This document shows positions 1-13,087 of a DNA stretch of 64,000 nucleotides, one piece after another (the stretch's first letter is position 1; every line of letters starts with the position of its first letter). Made by a program: the position numbers and the translations under genes. Source of the stretch: Trichoplax adhaerens (lineage: Eukaryota; Animalia; Placozoa); NCBI RefSeq assembly GCF_000150275.1, contig NW_002060947.1, forward strand, positions 1,419,199 to 1,483,198, in the 5' to 3' direction. The notes beneath the pieces were generated by a model. It did no database searches. It was not told the origin of the DNA and was given only the letters and a program-made list of their open reading frames with translations.

Positions 1-38
1 TGACTCGGCTTTTCTGTCTGGGTGCAGTTCTCTCTGGC

Positions 39-1170
39 TACAGTACGCTACAGTCATGGAGCAGCAGAAATATTTTCTTCTAGTACAGTAGTCCATGCTA
101 CAGTGCACCGTCATACAGACGACAGCAAAATGAACGAACAGTGTCTACATCTCCACCAACTACGATACTGTACTGTAATGTACAGTGTACAGTATGGCAA
201 GAGAATGACGACACCATTGGAGTATCAGACTGTAGTGTACAGATTCTTGTAATTGAACTCTTCCTCTATCGATTGACTTGTATTTTATTGAAAATCGACT
301 GAAATTTCATTATTTTATTTTCAAAGTTTTTGGGCAAAATGGCCTGAGACAAGCTGTACACTCAACAGTATAATCTACTATTGAGAAGACTGTACTGTAG
401 ACCTTTTTCCCTGTAGAGCATTTTCTTCTAACCACCTCACTGTTCTAGTTTCTATCGTGCTGTACAGTACAGTACTGTACAGTGTACAGTACTGTGTACT
501 GTAGGACTGACAATGTTTTGACAGTGCTTGCACAATGCACACACTATACGTACAGTACCATGACGTAGTACAATATGACACTGTCTTCATTTTGGACAAA
601 CTCCAACTGGAAAATCTCACTCATAAAACGTCAATATTCAGCAAAAAACGCAAAGAAAACAGAGAGTCTTATAGAAAAATTCCACTCACACAAACCAAAA
701 ATCAACCTTGGGTGAAATTTGAATTGCACATCAAGGATTTTATTGGTACACAACCCGACAATACGTTTACTAGGGCCAAGCCGATGTCAAGTCATTATTT
801 TTGATGCAAGTTATCTGTAGCGTCATCCTTTTGCAAAACTGTGGTAAAGACTAGTACAGTACTTTGGAGTTCTTGTCTACAGTACATACTGTACACTGTA
901 CACTGTAGTGTGCATCCAATTAGATCCCTTCAACTTTCTCTACTGGACCGTACTGAAATTTCTTTGCAATGGGAAGTTGCGAACCTTCCTTTAAAATCAT
1001 GCAGGTGAATTCAATAAATAATACTAAAACTAACTTAGCTAAATACAACCATCAAGACCCAGCTTGTTATACAGTACCAGGGACTACTGAAGAGAGAAAA
1101 CGTTTAGTAGTCCCTAGCAGGACTGTATTTGAACGCGATGGCACAGATTACTGTATAGACTACAGTAATG
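39..1170. repeat. Cluster of TACAGTA/TACTGTA/TACAGTGTA units
   Basis: About 18 heptamers counted by eye in 1.2 kb, for example the nested run at 463-503. Confidence 0.85.
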
Positions 1171-3484
1171 TCCCAATACTCTGTTAGTAGAGTAATCATG
1201 GTGACATAATATTTTGCGAGCGACCTGCTCTGCCCAATGTGCCGATGGACCAAGAAAACCGTTGCAGTGGTCCATGTCAGTATTTACGGTGGCACAAAAG
1301 GGCCAAAAGGATTTCTCTGTCAAGAAACGAGCGCTCTCCTATACAAATACCACATTCCTATGGAGAAAATCATACTCCCGTACAAAAGTCGCACTAGGTG
1401 TGGAGAAATCGTGCTCCTGTAGCACGTCTGTACACCACTTGGCCTGGCCATAATGTAGTGGATGTGAGCAATGATTACTGACTGGATAGTGAATACATGC
1501 GTACAACCTACAACTCCGACTGACTGACTTTTTCATCTGATTGGATTGGTAATGGATTTCTCGTCGTTTGGAGGATTTCATAGAATCCTAACAAGCAACA
1601 CCAATCGCTTTTAACGTTAAAAATAAATAATGTCGTGCCTGGACTACTGCCTAAGGATGAAATCATCGCTAGTTTGGCAGAAAATTGGAACTCATGCTAT
1701 TTTAGTTCGATTGACAGTTAATAAAATATGTAAAAATATTGCACAATGACATAGACAATGAAGACTGCCACAATGCATTGTGTATTGTGCCAGCCAGATT
1801 AGCTGTAGTACTCGACTACTTTTCTGCTGCTTATAGCACTTTTGCACCATGGATTGATTACTGGAATTGACTACACTAACTGAAATCGCACACCATTGCG
1901 TGCCAATGAGAGTTTTGATACTGTAATATGAATTAATTAATGTTATACTCAATGCACGTTTTAGGGATTTACTACTTGCTGGTACCTGACTACCATTAGA
2001 TAGATGTTGTAGTGATGCAGCAGCACTGTATTTGAAAGTAAACGCATGTAATAGCTCGTCGAGAATCGCGTTCAGCATACCGCAATATGCAGTACTGTAA
2101 TTTGAATTTTCGATCAAGTTAAAGACAGTAATTAAGAGATAATAATACAACAAGTATGAATATCTTCGCATAACACTTACAACCTAACATTTTTCTACAT
2201 TGTATCATTAATACTGTAACACTGACATTTAATAAATATCTAGTTTTGTGTCGATACTGTAAATTGAGTGCATATTTGTTGAGAGGGAAAGTATGAAAGA
2301 AAGCGTCCATAACTATCCATTAATGTACAGTAGATCCAGTCATTTCCCTATGATGTATCCAGAAATGCGGCTATATATCTTCAATGTATTTATCCAAAAT
2401 ATATCTGCCATTTCTTAGCAAAATCAATCAAGATAAAATCTTTGCTCATTTCGTTAAAACTTGGCAGATTTGCTTGGACAAAGTATAATGAAGGTATACG
2501 TATAAAGAGCCGTTTCAGCGGTATTTCTAAATGTCTCACAGGGAAATATTGTACAGTACTAGGATGCGTATTGGCTAGCACGCTAGCACTGATTTTAATC
2601 ATTTGTGCCTATGGCCGCTTGCTATCGGATTATGCACGAGTACAGCGCCTAATAATATCGATATGGCAGTCACAAATATGATTCGTTAGCCATAATTACA
2701 TACGAGTACGTACATAATTGAGTACATTATTTTCCAGCATGCAATTCGCATATACTGTACGTACACCAAGATACAGTAAGTAGGGGGTGATAATGATGAT
2801 CCATGACTGGTTTATGGCTAATTAATATTACGCGTATAATATCTATTTATTCAGGTCGAACATATGGCAGATAAAATATGTACTAGTTTTTAACATACGC
2901 GTACGTGTAAGCTCTCTTTACATTACTATACGAATGCGCGTATGATGGATGGTACTGTTTGCTTAATAATAAAGTAATGAATATACGTAAAGTAATACTA
3001 AATTGCAGAAGCAGCAATGTAGTAATAACAACAAAAAAAACTGAATACCTTTTGCTTACACCTCCGTTCTATAATTAGTATGCTCTAAATGGTCTGATTA
3101 CAGCTAATATATCAATAGACGGAAACAGGGATTACTAGACGAAAACATGACATACTAAATTCAACATTAAACGCGTACCGTATTCAACTCGATATAGCCA
3201 TCCAGTATTTACAGTTAAATTACTACACCTTCGATAAAAATTGTGCCAGACAGTCAAATTATAATCTTTAGCGTTCTGTATGAATTTGAATAAAATTTAA
3301 CTTTTAACCATCTCTTTCTATTGCACTCACCGTTACACTCCAACAGAATAAACTATTTTATTATTACATCTTAATCGATTACCGTATTTAAAGTTTACTT
3401 ACAATTAAAATAATACCGTAGTAACTACGTATTAGTATCGTGTAGCAAACAAGTTGTCCAATTGGAAATCTCAATGATTTAAAC

Positions 3485-4459
3485 ATGAATATTCGTACTT
3501 TGATGCCATGTGTATATATATTTTTCTTAATTGGAGTTATCGTCGATTGCTATATTTTAATCAAAAGTTATACTCCGCATCCTGGACCGGGCGGATATCA
3601 AATTATCGATTCTTGGTCTGATGATATTAGTCGTCCTATGAGTGGTGAAAACTTCCATCTGGCCATCTTAGTCGATTCTAAACCCCAGAACGTGGCATAC
3701 CGTTCAGGAATTAGGCGTTCGTGGGGCAATTCAAAGTCTACTTCATCTAAAAAAGCATGGGATGTCTTTTTTATTTATGCTAAGCACAAAAATTCGACTA
3801 TTAATAGAATTATTACTGACGAAGCAGAAAAAAAGAAGGACTGCCTTATCTTGGATGATGTCGAAAGTAAATCTATCGACGCAGCTAAATTAGTGAGTGG
3901 GATGAAATGGCTATTAGATCATACTACATTCGATTACTTGCTAGTTACTACAGATATATCTTACGTTAATGTTAACGCCGCCGTAAGATTACTGAAACAG
4001 CTTGAACATGATCATCGGACAACTGATACCGTTACAGTAGCAAAAACCTCAAAGGTACGTAATATGGCAGATAAAGGTGGTAGTGGAGGTAACATTATCG
4101 ATTCCGTTTATATTGGCAACGTTAAAGCAGGTGCTATTGATGTTGGAGCTCTTGTGACGTCTTATAGTACAGTCCAGTATTGCACCGATTTAGGTTATAT
4201 CCTATCGCGCGACGTTGTTAGTGAAATAGTTCAGTTGTTTCTAACAATTGGGCATACACCCAAAAAAGCAAAAAGTGATATATTTATTGGCTACATGGCA
4301 AACAAGTTGCAACATACCCCGGTTCATAGCAAGTTTCTGGAAGGCGCAAGAAAGTGTAACGAGTTTAAAAAGTTAGTCATGGATCCAGAATTATCAGATT
4401 CAGTGCGCCTAAAGATCAATAAAAGAATTACCAAGCTATCTAATTCTGTCGTCTGTTGA
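3485..4459 (+). CDS. GT31 (beta-1,3-galactosyltransferase/B3GNT-like) type II membrane protein, intronless, with degenerate catalytic motifs
   Basis: 324-aa ORF. N-terminal TM anchor (CVYIFFLIGVIVDCYILI). GT31-like motifs RSGIRRSWG (R..IR.TWG), K....MKW, FDYLLVTTDISYVN (canonical Y..K.DDD.FVN), YC...GYILSRD, SDIFIG (canonical EDV.IG). Confidence 0.8.
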   Translation: MNIRTLMPCVYIFFLIGVIVDCYILIKSYTPHPGPGGYQIIDSWSDDISRPMSGENFHLAILVDSKPQNVAYRSGIRRSWGNSKSTSSKKAWDVFFIYAKHKNSTINRIITDEAEKKKDCLILDDVESKSIDAAKLVSGMKWLLDHTTFDYLLVTTDISYVNVNAAVRLLKQLEHDHRTTDTVTVAKTSKVRNMADKGGSGGNIIDSVYIGNVKAGAIDVGALVTSYSTVQYCTDLGYILSRDVVSEIVQLFLTIGHTPKKAKSDIFIGYMANKLQHTPVHSKFLEGARKCNEFKKLVMDPELSDSVRLKINKRITKLSNSVVC

Positions 4460-6526
4460 TAGAATAGAAATTGTATGTAATCATTTGAACGATTATTATG
4501 CAAGGATATTTTAAACAACTTTAATACAGAAAATTGGATGGGGCCAGTCCGACATTCAATTCCTAAGCTAAAACCAGAACTTAAGTGCAGTCTTGTTAAC
4601 TGCGCTGTTTTATCAATATGCTAAATGATATTATATTGTATGGCAGAACAGACAACAATCTATTCTACTACAGTTGCTGCATAGGATAACTTTTATTTAT
4701 AATAAATCAGAATACAGTAGATATCGATGGCGTTTAATATTTTGTTTCAAATTTTAAATTTTATTTCTGTACTATTAAATACTATAAAATATTGACTGCT
4801 TGTATATTTTGTTTATTTATGTTTTCGCTTCCGATAATATTATCTCCAGTAAAATAGCCAAGATGTAATACTATTTCTTCAACTGTCTATCTTTATGGCT
4901 AAGTAGCTATTTAATAAGTTATAATTAATCATAATTGATCAGTCAGTCATTGACTGATATAATGCACTAGTCGTGAGATAACAAGAAATTGTACTTGACC
5001 GATCTGTAATTTCCCTACACATATGTCCTACCTGCCTTTGTAAGGCTGATACATCATCGCTACAAGGATTACTATCTACCGAACGCATTAAAGGCAACGA
5101 ACTGGATATTAAAAGTTTATTGTACTTACTTAAAGGCCCAAGATCAGTCGAATGATGTACAGAATACATTACTCAATAATACAATCCATATTCATTTAAG
5201 CTATGGCTGAGTATATTCTTATATTACATATGCAATCTATAATCATTTAAAATCGCGATAACAAGAAGGAAATACACGAAATAACATGGATATTCGCTTG
5301 GCTAGATAACACCCGCAAATTCAGTGTCCTTGTAATATATCAGATTTAATCTAAAGTATTCATCTTCTCAAAATTGATCAAATCGCAGACTGTTACAGTA
5401 TCTGATATCCCGATATCATTGTTATTCTATTTTCTTCATTATTCTTTTCTTCTGTCTTTCTCTGTTTCTGCCTGTCCCTTGAAGGCTGGTTTTACTTATT
5501 GGTAAAAAAATTCAATCTGTATGTTTACAAATGACACTATAGTATCACTTGGTACATATAGCGCAAGATTAATTAAATTCATAGAGTCACTCAGTTTATA
5601 GAGTGAAAATTTGTAGATGTAATAGCATGTTAATCAAGACGATTCGTATTGTAGGTTTACAGCTATGAAAGCAGTTACCATAATATATCATATATATGCG
5701 TATAAATTGATCTAAGCGGATCCTGAGCAATCCAGTACCAGCATGACTTCGAGATCGTATTCATCTTTGCTGTGTGCTCACGTTAGGATATTGAGTCCGT
5801 CATTGATGTTAACACTCGTGAGAAGGTTTACGATGTTCTAAATATTAAACGCTGCTAAGTTTAGCTTGATAATTTGTTCTGTAGACGCTAATGATATCAT
5901 AGTTTATGAAGAGATCTTTGAGGCCGTTAACAATGGTGTGCTCGTTGTATATTAAGTGTCATTTTCAATTTAACACCTATTAAATGCAGTTCTGTGCGCT
6001 ATTATACGAGTACTAGTAGACAATATACTGCAAGTAGGTATGTAACATCAAATATTGCGCATTTTGTAAGACTTTCAACATTTGGTCAGCATTACTATTG
6101 CGTTTCGGCGTATGTTTTATCCGTACTTTGTAATTATTTTAATTCAAATTTAGAAAGTATATGGCTTATTCATTAATTATTCATCAACAATTTTCTCGCC
6201 TGCCTGTATGCCGTACATATATAAATAAAACGAATGACATCTTCAACCCAATGCCTTCAAACAAAGTCCTGTACGAACTGGTGGTCATAAGGCTATGAAA
6301 CAATGTACCAGTACACTCTAAATCTTTGGATGAACATCAAACTATGAATGGCTTAATTAAGTACACATTAATACAGGTTGTCTAGAGCAATCAACCATGA
6401 ACAGTAGTCACTGCACGTAACATCGAAATCGATAAAAGTAAGAATAAGCTTTGCCATTGAAGTCTCTGTGTCATTTCTATTATTGGAATTTCCACCACAA
6501 GTATAGTAAGATCGTACGAAATCCTT

Positions 6527-7096
6527 TGAATCATGAACGAAAGCGAATTGTTGGTATGGTAAGATCTCAGTAAAACCTTGCATAGGTCTGGTATTGCTGA
6601 TTACTGCATAAGCTATGTCCTGAATGAACGAATGATCGTCGCTAATATGTCAAGACCTCAGTAAAACCTTGAAATGGGTCTACTGCTAATATCTGCATGA
6701 ATCATGAATGAATGAACGAAAGCGAATGACTGATCTTGCAAGGCCCCAGCAAGTACAATACAGTACAGTAGCCGTAAGAGCACAATATATACGATATACG
6801 GTCTGCTATTAAAACGAGTTTTTTTACTATCTGTTGAATAGGTCTGGTATTGCTGATTACTGCATGAATTATGTCCTGAATGAAGGAATGATAGTTACTA
6901 ATATATGAAGACCTCAGTCAAACCTGGAATGGGTTTAATATTCCTACTGCTAATATCTGCATGAATCATGAATGAATGAACGAAAGCGAATGACTGATCT
7001 TGCAGGACCTCAGACTGTACAGTAGAGTAGCTGTAAAAGCAGGATATAGACGATATACGGTCCGCCATTAAAACGAGTTTTTTACTATTTATTGAC
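6527..7096. repeat. Tandem duplication, ~256-bp period, 2 copies with internal sub-repeats, upstream of PPME1
   Basis: ATAGGTCTGGTATTGCTGATTACTGCAT at 6582 and 6838. GAATCATGAA(TGAATGAA)CGAAAGCGAAT recurs at ~6528, ~6699 and ~6963. Confidence 0.9.
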
Positions 7097-7609
7097 ATAG
7101 TACATTCACGCTATCATGATAATCTATCTGTGGAGATAGTCTTCTACAGGTATATCAATATTGCATAGGAATTTCAACGGAATATAACTTTCATTTTTTA
7201 ACCAAGGGGTGCTGTCGAAAATAAATAAATAATGAATCAGGTTGCACCGTCCTGTGCGTCTGCGCATTACTGTGGTAGTGCTGCACTCGTCATCCGAGAA
7301 TGACGTAGTGTATTGCAAAGGCTTTACGATCCATCGAGTTCAATTTACAGTATATATACTGTAAGCATTGTACTGTACACTGTGTATTTCTCTCGCTTTA
7401 TCTTCTACTGCTGCAGTCGAAGAAGATCACCGCAGCGAGCATCGATACCTGGCTGGCCATCACTTTGAGAAATAGATTATAGCAGCGGTTATTGACTCGA
7501 TCTTTACGGTAGATTAACTTTATAGGCTTTATCGTCTATTTTCAAATAGTACTGCTAATCAGTAATAATATACACGAGTACTGTACAGTAGTTGGAGTCG
7601 TTGGTATCA

Positions 7610-10600
7610 ATGGAAGATCTCAGGAAACAGGTCTTCAATTCCGCGACTGGAGGAGCATTGCCTCCTAGACCGATGCCTAGGTAATCTTATTTTGTCAACT
7701 CCATAAAATAGATTATATTGAACTAGAAAGTTACTTAGTACTTGTCCTTAAAATACGAGATTATAGTGTATGCTACAGTAAATAAATCTCCAATATCTGA
7801 ATCTTAATCCTGATCCAAATGGACGCTATCGATGCCATACGTGTATATTGCGATGTACAGTACAGCATAATACGAGGGAGGCTGTTTGTGATATGATATT
7901 CTGCTCGTGCACTGTCGGTATCAGCCTATCTTATAATTAATCATGTAGAGATATACAATACAGTAAATAGACTAATTTAAATTTATCGACAATACGACTA
8001 CTGCTTTGAACATGGAAAGACATAACATGCAATTACAAGTATATATAGAATACATTAATAGTGCACTAATCGTATTCAAAGAATCAATGAATGAATGAAG
8101 GAAATTAGTATTTACGCAACTACACAATATAGAACACTATATACTCGTATGTGCATAATCCAAGTCTAGAATCTGTATTTCTAAATATGAAAACTTGCCA
8201 GTTTATTTGTTATAATATGCAATGATATCCTGCGATTGATTGATTTTCATTGAAGGCACTTTATACGTGTAGCCGTGTCAGTAGAGTATAGCATTACTTT
8301 ACTCAGTAGGAATACGTTAGCTATGGCCCGCGATATTATAAATACTGCTCATTCCAGTATAATTCTCTTCACACCCTGAGGGATTACCGGCAGTCACCAA
8401 TAAATTTAGCATTATCCAAATAGAACGATTAAATTCAAAGAACATCGAAATTGGTATTTTAAATGATAATTTCTTAGTCAGATGGTACCAACGACATATC
8501 ATAAATCTGTTGATAGAAATACGCCTAGTTCTAACTCTGGTGCTATAAAGAAAAGACGTCGCGATTATTCACCTCTTCAATGGAGTGACTACTTCGATCA
8601 ATACAAAGACGTAACCTTAGATAACTCACAAAATGTAAAGTAAACGTATACTTTCACCTTAGCTTACCTAATACTAAATGATCCTAGAAGCAGTCATTAT
8701 TAATGTTAATTGCATTTTCTTGCAGGTATTTCGCGTCTATAAGTTGGGCACTCGCGGGCCTGTCTTATATTTCCTTCATGGAGGAGGCCACTCAGCTCTT
8801 TCTTGGGCATTACTAGCAGTAAGTTAGCTAATTCTATCGCTTATTTATTGAAACATACGGTACGCAATAACAGTAACCCTAACATAGGAATAGATTTGCT
8901 ATATGTATCATAGCTCTTAACTGTTGTTATTTAATAGCATAATTCTATACATTTCGCATTAGAAAGCACTGGTTCAAAAATGTAAAGTAAGAATTGTCGC
9001 GGTGGACTTGAGAGGACACGGTTTGATTTCGTAACAATTTTTATAGCTAGTAATTCATTTTGTCATTACACATATGCATATACAATTCCGATCTAATTAG
9101 CTAATTTTTCAGGTATGACAAGGACCGATGATGATTATAATTTATCAACTGAAACACAAATAAGGTACAAGATAAACATACTTATTGTAAAGTTGAAATC
9201 ATCATTACTTTCAGATATCCTTGAGGCATTTAATAATTTACTACACAATCTGACTTCTATGCCATGAAAACTAAATACCCTCTTATTTGCTATAACGATT
9301 ATTAGTGACATAGCTGGCGTGCATAAAGAATTATTTGATGATCAACCTCCGACTGTGCTGGTTGGTCATAGGTATGAGACTTAATAAGTTTGATGACTAA
9401 ATGAAAATTTTAGATGTTAGCTACCGAACTAGCGATTCAATTTTCACTCACAATAATTTTTGTCTTAGTATGGGTGGCGCTCTAGCAGTCCATACCGCAT
9501 ATAAAAGATTGATTCCATCATTAGTTGGCTTAGTTGTTATTGATGTTGTTGAAGGTAAATAAGGTGCCAATAGCTGCCTTTCAATTCAATCAATAGTATC
9601 GGACCATGAAGATACATGAATGATTTGTATTCTAATCATATTCTCTAGGTACCGCTCTTGATGCCCTATCAGCTATGCAAAATGTTCTCAGAAATCGTCC
9701 GTCTTATTTTAATTCTATAGAAAGCGCAATCGAATGGAAGTACGTCTGGACTTAATATTGCTAATCATAATGACTATTTAAATATCTCACTCAATACATC
9801 GGTATATTATAGTTTCCGCAGTGGGCAAACACATAACTTGGAATCAGCCAGAGTATCCGTTCCAGCTCAATTGAAAATGTACTGTATTTTACCTATAACA
9901 ATTGCTTAGAATAATAGATCTGAGGCTATGTCACGGTTGTGGATTGATCAATGATTTATTAAATTGAAAAGCTGCGACAATTGTAATATCACAACGGAAG
10001 TAAAAGATTCAAATACCATCGTAGAAGAGAACGAAGATGCCGATCTAGAAGATGCTTCTCAACCTACCAGCAGTCGTAGTGATGTAATGCCAACTCCTTT
10101 AATTTAAGATTTTCAGAGTTTTTGTACTTAAACTAAAAATGCTAATAGTACCGTTAATCTCGAAACACTCCTTACATACTAATCAATTAACGTATTTAGA
10201 ATACTGTAAAATACACTTGGGTAATCGATTTATGTAAAACCGAATGCTACTGGAGAGGTAAGTAATTATGCTGTTAGACTATCTTCGTCTATGCCTGAAA
10301 ATTTTTTGTTAACAAACTAATAATCCTACATAGAATGGTTTGAAGAATTGTCTTCTAAATTCCTTGCCTGTCCAGGCCCCAAACTTCTCCTATTAGCTGG
10401 TACGAAACGTATATCATAATAACAACATTAAAAGCGTGTACACACTCTTCATAAATGAATATAAGATAATACAGTAAAGAAGTAATTATTCAAGAATACC
10501 ATACAGTAGCCCACAATACCTTTATGGTTTATAACTATAGACTACTAGCGAGAAAAATATCCTTTCATAAATTCAAAGAATTAGGAGATTAATAAAAACT

Positions 10601-11132
10601 GTTCCACTTATGAAATTTTTACCTAGCTTTGCACTAGACTTATCTGGATATGTAATTTAAGAGACGATAATGTAAATAAAATATAATAATCATGATGGAC
10701 CCTAGATATTTATCATATTGTGTTATACCCACAAGTGAAAGTATGTATTTTGTCTTCATGCGTAGGTGTTGATAGACTGGATAAAAATCTGACTATAGCC
10801 CAAATGCAAGGTTTGTAGTTAAAGAAACTGTCATTTACTGGCGTGCGAAGGTTCTGATACCGTATTAATAGGTTAATAATTACTCTTAACATCTTTACTA
10901 TCGTGACCATTGCATCACTTAGGAAAATTTCAAATGCAAGTATTATCACAGTGTGGCCATTTAATGCAAGAAGATGTTCCTGATAAGGTAAATTATTGAC
11001 TTGAAAGCGGCTCTTTCAAATTCTACGTTTAGCATAAGTTATTGACGTCTATAATAACTGCTCTTCTAGGTTGCGAATGCCCTTCACAGTTTCCTAATAA
11101 GAAATAGAATTATAAACACAAACAATAAGTGA
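7610..11132 (+). CDS. PPME1: Protein phosphatase methylesterase 1 (PP2A demethylase), 15 exons
   Basis: Manually spliced GT-AG exons start at ~7610, 8517, 8727, 8963, 9113, 9306, 9469, 9649, 9813, 9972, 10200, 10334, 10766, 10923 and 11070. Peptides: RRDYSPLQWSDYF, LHGGGHSALSWA, DLRGHG, GHSMGG (nucleophile), VIDVVEGTALDAL, KLLLLAGVDRLDKNLTIAQMQGKFQMQV, CGHLMQEDVPDKVA. TGA at 11130-11132. Confidence 0.95.
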
Positions 11133-13087
11133 AGAGAAAGAATCGTAGACATGAATAATGTGTGATCACATTGGAAAATAAATAGATTGAGTACCTTGGG
11201 AAAATGTAAAATTTCCGTGGTAAACAAAGTGGTCGGAATGTCATGCAATGATTTACAGATTGTTTTATTTATGGCATGCTATTACGTTTGTAGCCATTAC
11301 ACGATACACTATCTGATATTGCCGGGAATATTCTAAAAAACTATGATATAGTGAAAAATACCTCAACCCTCTTTCTCGTCTATCGTAGAATATTTTCACT
11401 AGTTATAAAACTATCTAGTTGAACTTGTAACTTATAATGACCTAAACGATCGATAGCTGGTCAAATATTTATAAGTATGTCAAAAGTATACTGACTGCTT
11501 GAAAGAAAAATTAAATGTACCAACCTTCCTATCTGATGCCTAGCTGTGATTACTTGAAATGATTGTCGATTTTCGTCTATTAAAATGTGGTTCATGGAAT
11601 TGAGCTGCAAGCTTATTTCAAACTATGGTATTACAGCTTTGAGTTAGCTTTGTACAATTGTAAATTACTTTAGCACATAAGCAAATTCCTTAGCTTCATT
11701 TTTAATGTATACGTCATCCTTTTGCTAGCTTAATAAGATACTGTGTAGTAATAACTGGTATGACATATTGTGATATCATGCTGTAGTACTAATTTGTTAA
11801 AAGTTAAATTGGATTATGCAATAAATTTTGATAATTGTTTATCGATCTAACGCCTAGGCTTAATAACGAACGATTGAGCACAACAGGCTACCAATTGTTG
11901 GCATATTGTGATTTCGATTTCCATCGGCGGATTACTGGTAGTCTCGTACGGTAGACTGGAATACAAATTTGACACGAGTGATTTACTACTGTACAGTATT
12001 TTCCCGTATTTCAGCAATTGCCTCATTGCTAGACTTTTCTATTCGTAATGATCATAATTACTAACTGCGGTTCTTTTCGATGAAATAACTAAAATTGATT
12101 ATTTTAATTCTCTTGCAACGTAAGGAGGTCAGACATGCAGGAAACACTTGTATACTCACAAAATCAATAATGATAACGTGAAATAGTTATGGTTGACTTT
12201 AATCTGCATGACGATAATTATAATACAACAACCGATGTAGAAGATTTTAAAAATTTTCTTGAAAGTCGATCATTAATTATCTATAATTTGTATTTTTAAT
12301 TTTTTCACATTTATGAAGGTATATTGTAATACACATTGAACAGATAATATTTTAAATGATAATTTAACTTTACGAAATAAAATATATCAGATAACAAATC
12401 AGTGCACTATTCATTTTAGTCATAAGTTTCTGTTCACGTAAACTCTTCAGAAGATAACGTCACTGCGTAAAAGTAACATTTTAATTTACAGTCAGCTACC
12501 TGAGATCAATGAATTACTTGTATGCAAAGAATGTAATCGCTTTACACCCATAGATAGTACAATGATCTCAGAATATTCTTACAGCAATAGTGATATTGCA
12601 ATTATTTTTACCCCAATCTTCTCTACTTCCTATATAGGACATTGCGGAGTCATTGGTGTCCACATCGTTATAAATATAATTTCGATGGTTTCCTCATTAC
12701 TATTAACTTGAACCCTAGGATGATACTATAAACTATATAGTACATTAGACTCACACCCCAGGCGTTCCATAAATAACAGATACGTAACAAAAACAAATCC
12801 AGCATTTAAACCGTAGGAGGAGTAACTATTTTATCAGCATGATCAAACGTAAAATTGGCAAATGACTGTAGGTCAAGGCAAGAAAAATCTTTTCAAAGTT
12901 TTAGATAAGACAATATGCACCACTTTAAAGAACTGTATTTGAAGTTTGTTACATGTGTATATCTGTTGTCCAATTAAGTTATTCTTAAGTTCACTTTCAA
13001 GCTACTCAACAGAACAGGTACTCGTATATATTAAAAATTTAGAGTTTATAACAAGAATCAGTATGGGCGATATTAATTTAATATCAT

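Noticed and set aside
1692-2171. 159-aa minus-strand ORF
   Set aside because: No recognisable motifs, non-ATG start and an AT-driven composition.
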